In this document: one piece after another, positions 36,048-45,161 of the stretch | Position numbering within the stretch: position 1 is the stretch's first letter | Layout of the letters: each line of letters starts with the position of its first letter | NCBI GenBank assembly: GCA_977018835.1 | Contig: OZ361256.1 | Location: 1,488,001 to 1,552,000, forward strand | Source of the DNA: Minutocellus sp. GHC0000111 | Lineage: Eukaryota | DNA length: 64,000 nucleotides | Direction: 5' to 3' | Program-made: the position numbers and the translations under genes | The notes under the pieces: model-generated | The model's input: the letters and a program-made list of their open reading frames with translations, nothing else | Database searches by the model: none | Told to the model about the DNA's origin: nothing

Positions 36048-36336
36048 GCTCCCTCATTCATATAATCTCTTCAGCAACTCCCAGCAAAATTCTCCGATGC
36101 TACTCACCATCGAAGGCAAATGGCAGTGGCGGACAGACGAATTTCGTGGCAAGAATGAGGCCAACTGCGGCAGCGCATAGTAGCAGCGCGCGTACGTTCG
36201 TACGTTGCATAAAACACTGCAACAGCAACCGCAACTACCGCAACGACTGCTACTGTCCATAGCTTGCTTAGCTCTAGCTTGAAGAGCCGTTGGCCTTTAT
36301 TCTTTCCTTCTGTCATTTCCCGGGGCGTTCCTTGTC

Positions 36337-36856
36337 ATGACGGCAATAACATTTATCGTTCGTCACCTGAGTTTTCATATTTATTTTCTAGCGAAGGAAT
36401 TGCGCGCATTACATGTACAATGGCACTTGCTGTGGCGTGCATGATTTTGAATGCACAGTCACAAATATATATGTAGAACGCAGAACGCTAATCAACCCCA
36501 TTTTTTCATCCCTTCTTATTCATGTGGGCATTTGCATTCAAATGGCATTCCGTTTTGAACGTTTACTTGACTACTTGCAACATTCGCAGTCCAAGAACTG
36601 AGACGGGGGGCTTCAGGAACGGCAGACGGTAGTTGATGCCATCACCGATGTATTTCCTGGAGCCAGCGTGGAGGCACACAGCAAGAACGCCTATCCGTTG
36701 AGGCTGAGGGTGCACGCAAAGATTGATGAAGGAGAAAAGGTCAAAGTTTGGGACGGCGATCAGAAAAGGCTGTTCAAAAAGTATCCCGGCAAGCGGGCGG
36801 AGTGCATTGAGGAAATTCGAACTGCACTTGAGAAAATCCGGGACGAAATCCAATAG
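36337..36856 (+). CDS. Candidate small selenoprotein (about 95 aa, SxxU motif, Rdx/thioredoxin-like fold); UGA at 36599-36601
   Basis: TCC AAG AAC TGA GAC GGG is in frame with ORF 36668..36856, and a SECIS-like hairpin lies downstream. 5' end is either exon MTAITFI (36337-36357) + intron 36358-36589, or an unspliced ATG at 36542. Confidence 0.7.
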
Positions 36857-36920
36857 TGGCAGCCCGCAGTCCATGTTGTGTGACATCTCTCCTGTACCTA
36901 GCGTCTGTGGCGACACTATC

Positions 36921-36964
36921 GGTGAATGACGGTAGCCTGTAGAAACGCTGCTACCTGAAATACC
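36921..36964 (+). promoter_or_regulatory. SECIS-like element in the 3' UTR
   Basis: GGTG-A-ATGAC-GGTAGC-CTGTAG-AAA-CGCT-GCTACC-TGAA-A-TACC: AUGA core, AAA 13 nt after it, 3' UGAA, perfect GGTAGC/GCTACC helix, GGTG/TACC lower helix. Confidence 0.7.
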
Positions 36965-37429
36965 AAATGATCGTCCAGCGGATACGAGCTCACACTTTGA
37001 ACCCATTAGGCGGAACGAAAGAAAAGTACCAGCGAGGAAAATTTACACGCTGTACCGTATATGCGATAGATTTGTTGCTTTTTTATTCCGACTCCTTGCG
37101 CCGAACTACATGCCCGTCGGAACATTGTGAATGATATCTATACATACATGTATGGCTTATCCGCGAAATCGAGATTCACGATGAAAGGATTAAGGAATGG
37201 TTTTTGTCATGAAGTGTAGGATGACTTGATAAAATCCCTGATTTGCAGATTACCAACTCAGGGCATGAAAGTTACCTGGACAAACGCAAGAAGGGCAATG
37301 CTCTGGGACAGTAGATCTTGACCTAGCAGAAAAAGACACGAGAGGTCACTGCAGGTAGATCTAGATCTACCGTAGGAATTCCTCGATCTGGGGCATCTTA
37401 TTGACCTTTGTAAGTTAGTATTTTCAGAG

Positions 37430-37990
37430 TTGCTTCGTCACCACGATTCTCGCGGTCACCGTCATCTCCAGCATCGGCGCCGCCATGCGCCAAACGCAGA
37501 GGCGATCCAAGACATTTGCATCAATCCCAAGCCGAAGTTTAACGTCGAGGAGGCCTTATCAGACCTCCAAGCCAACAGGATCAAGTTCAACAACCTCCAA
37601 AATTACGATATGCGCATCCAACGGAGCTGATATTGCTATGGAGATAAACTTGACCCGTACCTCATCAGTGTTCGGAATGGCATCACAGCATCGGTGACCA
37701 ATGAGCGGACGGGCGAGGCGATGAATCTCGACGATCAACGGTACAAATTACCCGCCATTGCCGACCTGTTTGACATCATCGATACTGCTTGCACCAAACC
37801 ATATGCCAGTCTATTTGTGACGTATGATGCCGATAGGGGATATCCAACGAGCATGGGATATGATGTGAACGAGTGCATTGCTGATGAGGAGAATTCGTAC
37901 ACAGTGACTGACTTTGTAGACAGGACGCCAATGTTTGTCGATGCCAGCTCGAACCTTCGGCGGCGGCGGCGGCGATATCACCAGGGGTAA
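37430..37990 (+). pseudogene. Upstream tandem paralog of 38517-39356 with an in-frame TGA (37628-37630) and no clear start/signal peptide
   Basis: FNVEEALSDLQANRIKFNNLQNYDM..QRS*YC...LPAIADLFDII...YDADRGYP...IADEENSYTVTDF aligns with the downstream copy. Confidence 0.6.
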
Positions 37991-38516
37991 GAAACAAACA
38001 AGCGAAGGCAGAGGCAGAACAGCAGACAGATCTACCGTGTACATTTTACCGTACATGTAATGTCAGAGCAAAGTGTACATAGTAAATCGTTTTTTTCCGT
38101 ATGCAGCGGCTGGAACTCTAGATCTAGTCAGCTTATAGACAGGGTAACTCAATCTGGCATGTCTACACTGTAAATTTAGCTGTAGTTACGAGTAAACTCA
38201 AAAGGCCATGCAACACAGTATGATGCCGCATAAATGATTTTGTCGGTCATTTGTCACATCCCAGCCCCCGCCCACCCGCAAGCACGTCGTTCCCGAGTGT
38301 CAAACCACAAACCAACCACGACCACATGCAATAACAAAACAGTCCCAATAGCATCTCTCGAATGCAAAACGCTTCTTCTTCATTCGGCAACTGACAATCA
38401 CAAACATCCTGGCGTGCGTTAATTGCTTCATCATTTATTGCGCAAGAGCGGCAGATACTGCAACTATTTTGACAGTCTAAAGTAGTGCAAACTTACGTCA
38501 CGCGGAGCACCGAGCA

Positions 38517-39356
38517 ATGCGTTCCTCGTCCACCCACCGAATGATTACACTTGCTGCCTTGCTGGCGGCACTTGCTCAGGCCGCAACCTTAGATTTGCAA
38601 AAAGACGAAGAAAGCATTCACGAACGATTCCATCGTCCTCAGGGCCGCCATCTGCGTCGCTCTCCCCCCGCCAACCGCCACCATCGACAAGGACGCCGTC
38701 GAGCCGAAAACGATGCAGCAGTCCACGAAATGGCGCCGAAAGTAGATGAAAACGTTGCTATTGAGCCTAAGCCCATCGAAGCCCAAGACTTTTGCTCCGA
38801 CCCAACGGCTGATCCCGTTGCTCGGTTTGACGTTGAGGCTGCCCTTGCCGAGCTCGAGGCCAATAAGCTCAAATTCAACAGCCTCCAAAATTACGACATG
38901 AAGGGCGTCGAACGTGCCTGCTTCTGTGCCGAGGAATGGAGAGGCCCTTATTCTCTTAATGTTCGCAATGGAATCATAACATTAGCGATCAACGAGCTGA
39001 CGGGCGAAGCGGTGGATCCCCAATACTTCAATCTTCCAACCGTTGAAGATCTGTTCCGACAGATTGAAACGGCCTGCACCGAACCATATTTCGATCTAAC
39101 TGCGATGTATGATATCGACATGGGATACCCGGTGAATTCATGGTTTAACATGAATCAATGCATTTGCGACGAAGAAGTGGGCTATACGGTGACAGATCTG
39201 GTGGACATGACGCCTGATCTCTTGAATCCCAATCCAGATGGAGGGGATTTGACCAAGGGCAAGAAGGGTGATGCGCCAGGACAGCAGAACAGGTCTAGTA
39301 GCAAGCCGCGAAAGCCAAAGCCAAAGGATCTCAACAGAAGAAAGAACAAGGCGTAA
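38517..39356 (+). CDS. Secreted protein with a DUF6174-like domain
   Basis: Signal peptide, RHL site; RACFC...GPYSLNVRNG...LPTVEDLF...YD...GYP...DEEVGYTVTD resembles the mainly bacterial DUF6174 pattern (recognised from memory). Confidence 0.7.
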   Translation: MRSSSTHRMITLAALLAALAQAATLDLQKDEESIHERFHRPQGRHLRRSPPANRHHRQGRRRAENDAAVHEMAPKVDENVAIEPKPIEAQDFCSDPTADPVARFDVEAALAELEANKLKFNSLQNYDMKGVERACFCAEEWRGPYSLNVRNGIITLAINELTGEAVDPQYFNLPTVEDLFRQIETACTEPYFDLTAMYDIDMGYPVNSWFNMNQCICDEEVGYTVTDLVDMTPDLLNPNPDGGDLTKGKKGDAPGQQNRSSSKPRKPKPKDLNRRKNKA

Positions 39357-39798
39357 CGACCGCCATTGAGGCCACCATGATGGCGGTGCTAAGAAAATTT
39401 ACTGCCAATACTAGTATTTGCAATATATTAGATTTTAACATGTTCCTTTGCATTGTCCTTCTCTTCGGATGTTTCATATTGGTAATAGATCTAATACCAT
39501 TCATGAGAACTCTGCTACAATTTATATCCACTACATGTGGTGAAGACCTAATCCAAATAAATAGGCGGCTTTACTTACTATTCATCACAGAGGCACGCCC
39601 TGGGAGAGAAAAGTCCAGGGGAGACGGCAGAGATACGCGAAAGAAATACGGCGATAGTACCTGCTCGTATTCCAGATACAATTCTCTTTACAGCATGTAA
39701 TGTTATAGGAAAGAAAATAAAAAACAGTGCAGTCTATTGTCTATTCAGTAAATTAAGTTGTTTTATGAAAACGATATGTCGCGAAATATCACTCAAAA

Positions 39799-42700
39799 TC
39801 AATCAAAGATATCCCAGCTGGCCTCCTTGACGCCAGCACATTTGTGCACCGAGTCGGAATTGACGATGATGTAGTCCTTGGCGGAGGCGGTGAAGACGCC
39901 CATGCTGGCAAAGTATCTCTTCTCCAGCTCCGCGGCGCTGACACCAGGAATAGGGGCAGGGCGGGGAAGTACTGTGGCCTTCCACTTGGGTCGGCCCTCC
40001 CTTCTACCGATGAAGGTACCACGGACTTCAAGAGGGATTAGTTGGATCTTTTGGGTGGACTCATCAAAATTAAGCACAAAGTAGTAAGGCGCCGAGGACT
40101 TGGTCTTCTTCTTGGGCTTTACGGTGCGGTTGTAGTAATATGTCTTCTTTGGATCGCGGTACATGGGTGGGATCCTCTGCTTCCTCAATGGAGGGGACTT
40201 GGGGGTTGAAGGCTTGGATGATTTCCGTGCCTTGGCCTTGGGCGTGGTTGACGTCTTTGTCGGCTGTGGGCCATCACTACGGGAGCGAGGAGGCTTGCGT
40301 CCTGCGGCCGAATTGACCAGCTTGGCCGCTGGCTTGACTGCCAGCCACGGATCGTTCATCTGACGACGCTCAAATTCGGCCGAAAAGCGCCCATTGCCAA
40401 CGGGAGTGACCGGACGACGGGCCTTCTTGCTTCGAGGGCCATCCAACGATGCATGTGCCTGCCCTCGCTTCTTTCCGCTGGCGGCTTGAGCTGATGCAAG
40501 GGCACCGGGCTTGGAACTGACAAGGGGAGGAAGGACAGCGGGCGGTACTGGACTCCACGAGTGCGAGGGCTTCCTTCGGCCGATGTTGCCTCCGAGATTC
40601 ATAATCTTGGGCTTCTCGTGCACAAAGTGGCCCGCAAGTGCGTCGAGGAACGATACCTTGCTCACCGCTCGGCCACACTCGACGCAGTGATGGCCGGCAG
40701 CGTTGGGATTCATCTTGGACCGATCGATTTTCAGCGCCATCATGTACGATGGACCTCCGTGCCACTTGTTGATGCTCTGAGCAGACTCCTCAGCGTAAGT
40801 CCAATGCCGATATCCGACCAAAGGGGCATTGGCAAGTGAGGGAGGCGATACTGCGGAAGATGCCGGTGCTGCTGGTGCTCCAGCTACTACAGTGGTTTGC
40901 TGTGCTTGTGGCTTGGAACCCTTGATACCCTTGGCACCCTTGGCGCTAGTAGCAGCGGCGGCGGCAGCACCAGGCTTGTCTGCACCAGCCGCCTGCCTCG
41001 CCTGTCGGCCGTACTTGGAAACAGCCCCAACACGAACAAATCCAAACCGCTCGTAAAAGGTCCGAGAGGTATCGGTGGCCTGCAACACAACGTAGTCGTA
41101 GCAGTCTCTGCGGCAAATGTCATCCAACGCCATCCTCACCAGGTACTCGCCACAGCCCAACGCACCGACCAGACTAATCTCAGCGATGGTCGGCCACACC
41201 ACGCCGCCGTGGTTGGGGTCGCCCGATCGAGGCTGAGCCTCCAACTGCGACGAGAGCGAACCATCAAAGTCCACCCCAACCATACCGGCACTTGCAGCCG
41301 CCTTGGCGAAGGTACTGCCACGAAGACCGGCGGTGGGGTGGGTGGAATCCCACTTGAAATAATGCGTCCATGTCGTAAAGGTGGTGGTAAGGACGAATCC
41401 CTGCAACCAACCGCCCGTCTTGTGCCGGATTTGATACCCACGGATGGGATCGTCAATATCGATGCGATCGCGGATGTAATCGCGCGACAGGGGCTTGAGC
41501 GGCGGTTTGGTCTTGCCCTTGCTGTCCTTGGCACCGCTACCGGTGGCACCACCGGCTGCGGCGGCGGCGCCACCCTCCATCTCCAAACGCATCTGCTCCT
41601 GCTGATGCTTGCGAAGGACGGCACTGTAGCAGACCGAGGTCATCTCATCGACGCAGTCGTCCCACTGGTATCGAGTGGTGGGGACCCAAATGACGCTCTC
41701 ATCATCCAAAAACGGGTCGGAGGTGGCACCACCAGAGGAGCCGGACTTCTTTTTACCGGGCGATGGAGGAGCATGCGAGCAAAAGGGAAAGTGCTGGCAC
41801 GTCCCACATCCATCGGCACCAGCGCCAGCACCAGTCTTCTTGTCATAATCATCTTGATGCGAAATAGCCTCGTCGGGAATATCACCGACCTCCACACCCA
41901 GCATGGCCGCAGCCTCCGCTTCCAATTCCATCCGTTCCTCCTCCTTGGCTCTGCGCTCCTCCTTTTCCTTGGCCTCCTCCTGCAGCCGCTTGACTCTGGA
42001 ACTGACCCTCAACGGTCTGGCCACATTGCCCGCCACTACCACGCCGTGCTCCATCTCCATATCGTGCTTGTATTTGTTCACCTCGGCAATGTTCTTGAAC
42101 CGCCGTCCCTCGGGAGAGAAGTAGTACCGATCGAACCTGCCGCCGCGCTTCTTGCTGTCGCGGTTGGGATCGTCGTATCCCGGCCGGCCAACGACGATGA
42201 GGGTCCATCCCGGTCCGATTTGGGGGGCTGGCTCGTTGGAGATGAGGCGGGGGTGGTCGGCGTAGGACAGCGGATCGGTGTACGACGGTTGCTGCGTAGT
42301 GAGGAGGGATCCCGTCCGGTCGTTGTCGTCCGATGCGGTGGTAGCAGTAGATGCTTCAGTTGTACCAGCAGCAGTGATAGCGGCAGCACCAGCTGTACCA
42401 GCACTGCCACCATCGACGGCAGCAGCGGTAGCAGTATCCAACCGACGCTTGACCACCCGTCCCGAGCTGGTCGTTACCGGCGGAGGAGGCGGCGCGACGG
42501 TTTTGCTGGCCGCAGCCTTGGTCTTGGCACTGCCAGGCGGCGATCGGATGAACCGCCCAAAGTGATCCCGCACGGCGTGACGCTTCTGCGGACTGGGCGT
42601 TCCATCACCGCCACTGCCACTCCCATCATCGCCGGCCTGCTGCTGCTGCTGTTGCTTGGCCTGCAGCAAACTCACAAACGAATCCCTCCGCTTCAACCTC

Positions 42701-43620
42701 CGATGGAGATCGTGCTCCCCGACCCGCCACCGGTGCAAAAAGTCGGGATTGCGCTGCACCTCGGGAACCAGCGCCAGCGAATACCGGACCATCTTCTTCT
42801 CGACGGTGATCTTCTTCGGCGTCTGGTGCTTGACTCGCGTGGATCGGCGGGAGGCCGAGGCCGGTACCGGCTTTTTCGTGTACTTGCGCTTGGCGGGGGT
42901 CGTCGTGGGAGTTGCTGTGCTTGTGTTATCGGTAGCGGCTGGGGCTGGGGCTGGGGCTGCTGTTGCTGCTGCAGAAGATGTGTCAGTGCTGGCAGCAGCT
43001 GCAGCAGCTGAATCAGAAGTCTGCGTATCTTTCGGTGCATCTGCAGCAGCTGCAATAGGAGCAGCAGCATTGGCCGAGGTCTCTCCAGAAGCAGAAGCCT
43101 CCTCTTGTTCATTTGTATCTTTGGCAGCGCAGGACGTGACGGCATCGGACTGACTGCCTGCCATCTGGGCTTTGGCAGTATCCTCGTCCGAAACACATCG
43201 TGCCAGAGGTTCCTTGGTATCTTTTGCAGTAGTAGTAGTAGTACTAGTAGCAGTAGTACTACTTCCCTTTTGGCTTTCACTTGCTTCGCTCGTGGTGGCT
43301 GCTGCCAGAACATCTCCGTCTCGCTTTTGCTTTTCCCCCGCAGTTTTCGTCAAATCCGTTGCTCGTGCAGGTACAAACGCGGTACTGGCCACGCCACGCT
43401 TTTCCCCCTTTTCTCCCCCGCCCTGCTGTGCGGCCAGGAACCGAGACGTGTTGCCGGGCGTCGTGGCCGCGCTGCCTCGTACGAACTGATCCAGTTCGGG
43501 GGTGATGTAATTCACGGCCGTGGTCACGTGCAGCTGGGAGGTAGGATCGAGCGGTTCCGACGTGAGTGGGGGGGCTGGCATGTCGCCGCCCTTCGTGGCA
43601 TAGCCGCGGGAGGAGCTCAT
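39799..43620 (-). CDS. Large nuclear protein with an MBD-like domain and a GNAT-type acetyltransferase domain
   Basis: MBD-like GPGW...GRFDRYYFSPEGRRFKNIAEVNKY (about 42065-42230). GNAT-like GCGEYLV...YDYVVLQATDTSRTFYERFGFVRVG. Multiple basic NLS-like stretches. Confidence 0.75.
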   Translation of the reverse strand: MSSSRGYATKGGDMPAPPLTSEPLDPTSQLHVTTAVNYITPELDQFVRGSAATTPGNTSRFLAAQQGGGEKGEKRGVASTAFVPARATDLTKTAGEKQKRDGDVLAAATTSEASESQKGSSTTATSTTTTTAKDTKEPLARCVSDEDTAKAQMAGSQSDAVTSCAAKDTNEQEEASASGETSANAAAPIAAAADAPKDTQTSDSAAAAAASTDTSSAAATAAPAPAPAATDNTSTATPTTTPAKRKYTKKPVPASASRRSTRVKHQTPKKITVEKKMVRYSLALVPEVQRNPDFLHRWRVGEHDLHRRLKRRDSFVSLLQAKQQQQQQAGDDGSGSGGDGTPSPQKRHAVRDHFGRFIRSPPGSAKTKAAASKTVAPPPPPVTTSSGRVVKRRLDTATAAAVDGGSAGTAGAAAITAAGTTEASTATTASDDNDRTGSLLTTQQPSYTDPLSYADHPRLISNEPAPQIGPGWTLIVVGRPGYDDPNRDSKKRGGRFDRYYFSPEGRRFKNIAEVNKYKHDMEMEHGVVVAGNVARPLRVSSRVKRLQEEAKEKEERRAKEEERMELEAEAAAMLGVEVGDIPDEAISHQDDYDKKTGAGAGADGCGTCQHFPFCSHAPPSPGKKKSGSSGGATSDPFLDDESVIWVPTTRYQWDDCVDEMTSVCYSAVLRKHQQEQMRLEMEGGAAAAAGGATGSGAKDSKGKTKPPLKPLSRDYIRDRIDIDDPIRGYQIRHKTGGWLQGFVLTTTFTTWTHYFKWDSTHPTAGLRGSTFAKAAASAGMVGVDFDGSLSSQLEAQPRSGDPNHGGVVWPTIAEISLVGALGCGEYLVRMALDDICRRDCYDYVVLQATDTSRTFYERFGFVRVGAVSKYGRQARQAAGADKPGAAAAAATSAKGAKGIKGSKPQAQQTTVVAGAPAAPASSAVSPPSLANAPLVGYRHWTYAEESAQSINKWHGGPSYMMALKIDRSKMNPNAAGHHCVECGRAVSKVSFLDALAGHFVHEKPKIMNLGGNIGRRKPSHSWSPVPPAVLPPLVSSKPGALASAQAASGKKRGQAHASLDGPRSKKARRPVTPVGNGRFSAEFERRQMNDPWLAVKPAAKLVNSAAGRKPPRSRSDGPQPTKTSTTPKAKARKSSKPSTPKSPPLRKQRIPPMYRDPKKTYYYNRTVKPKKKTKSSAPYYFVLNFDESTQKIQLIPLEVRGTFIGRREGRPKWKATVLPRPAPIPGVSAAELEKRYFASMGVFTASAKDYIIVNSDSVHKCAGVKEASWDIFD

Positions 43621-43946
43621 GGTGGCTCTTGCTTTTTCGATAAGTGTTGCCCTGAAAAAAATGCTGCGCATGGAAAATGCAGCATGTGTTGTTGTGGAGG
43701 GTTTCGGACAGGCGGAAGGACTCATCTGTCGAATTCTGTATGCCACATTTTTCGACAGGTTTCTGGCAGGGTGTCACGTGGAAGGTGCGGTGTCGAGCTG
43801 ATGAAAAATCAGTGGCGGCATGAAGAAAGTGAGCAATGGTGATGGTAACAACCAAAGGCAGATAATGCACAAAGAAAACATGCATGTGATGGAAATATGC
43901 ACAACACACGCCAATGCGATGCCAGGCAAAAGGCAAAAAAGAAATG

Positions 43947-44019
43947 CTCTCGATAGCAGGATCGAACTGCTGGCCTCACGATTAACAGTCGCGCGCTCTA
44001 CCAACTGAGCTAATGGAGA
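43947..44019 (-). tRNA. trnN: tRNA-Asn (GUU)
   Basis: TCTCCATTAGCTCAGTTGGTAGAGCGCGCGACTGTTAATCGTGAGGCCAGCAGTTCGATCCTGCTATCGAGAG: cloverleaf, anticodon GTT, A/B boxes, followed by an oligo-T Pol III terminator. Confidence 0.95.
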
Positions 44020-44121
44020 TTTCGTTGAAGTAAAAGGACGAAAATAGGTATAAAAACATGTAGCATAGTATAACATAAAAAACAAGCTTACGAAAGGATC
44101 AGCAGTAGTCATCAGTAATTA

Positions 44122-44937
44122 TTGCATTACACAATTCGAGACAAGCAACGAAAGACAGTCGTAGGAAACAATGGAAAACCTGCCGAAGCATGTCCGAGAT
44201 GCCGTGATGCAATCGGCCACAATGCCCGTTGTGGCAGGTGTGGAACGAGAGAGGCCGAGAGTTATGGCCAATCGGTGGAATATGGATTCATTTGCCACCG
44301 GTGTGCCTTCCTCGAACTGATCGGCCCTGGCGGTGAGGATCATCCCAACTGTCCCCCGCTGCCGAGCGATTTGCTAGGAGGGGCGGCCAGGAGCACCATC
44401 ACCGCCACCAGCCACTCCACCTGCACTGGTGGCTGCGGGTCAGCCGGCGGCAACCTCTTGGCCTGTGCCGGGACTTGTGGTGGTAAAGCTGCGTATTGTA
44501 GCAAGGAATGTCAGATTGCGGACTTCAAGTCTCGCCATAAGAAAAAGTGCTGGAGGAAGGCTGGCACGGATGCCTTCGTGATTCCTCACCCTCACGATGA
44601 CTCGAAGGGACCACTCAGACTCAAGGCGTACCGCCGTTACGATGGACATGGCAGGGATGCCTTGCAGTTGAATTACTGCGATGACGTGAACGAAGAACCC
44701 AGTATTTATGACGTCTGGTGTGCTGTGACCAGTCCAGTTTCCGACGAACCTGGCCATGCTTCTTTGCGGGCTGGAGAGGCCGCATTCAATACAACAAAAT
44801 ATCCTACTGAGGTGGAGGCGCTTCTTCGTCATGGCATCATCAAAGATACTGGAAAGAAGATCAAGATCGGGTATTACTCTCCCCATCCTGTTTGTCGCAT
44901 CAACCTTCCTGTCTGGGAAGATGAGGAAGATAATTGA
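44122..44937 (+). CDS. MYND-type zinc finger protein (start uncertain)
   Basis: CAGTC...YCSKECQIADFKSRHKKKC, plus extra CxxC pairs upstream. Confidence 0.7.
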   Translation: MHYTIRDKQRKTVVGNNGKPAEACPRCRDAIGHNARCGRCGTREAESYGQSVEYGFICHRCAFLELIGPGGEDHPNCPPLPSDLLGGAARSTITATSHSTCTGGCGSAGGNLLACAGTCGGKAAYCSKECQIADFKSRHKKKCWRKAGTDAFVIPHPHDDSKGPLRLKAYRRYDGHGRDALQLNYCDDVNEEPSIYDVWCAVTSPVSDEPGHASLRAGEAAFNTTKYPTEVEALLRHGIIKDTGKKIKIGYYSPHPVCRINLPVWEDEEDN

Positions 44938-45161
44938 AGTGTGCACATGTGACATGAAAAGAGGGCGAATGCTTTCAGATTCGTTGACAAATGCATTTGA
45001 AAAAAGAAGAGATTGCGAATACGTAGGAGCCACATGTATTGGGAGGGCATAACAATACTAGCTACGTAGTTACTACTTCGCAAACGAAAGCAAATTTCTT
45101 ATAGGATTGTATATTGTGTTGTTTATTATTAAGTTGCTATTCTTTTGCCAATCTATTTAAA

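Noticed and set aside
38220..38260. ATGA...AAA motif as a SECIS for the 37430-37990 gene
   Set aside because: No correctly placed 3' GA and no convincing helix II.
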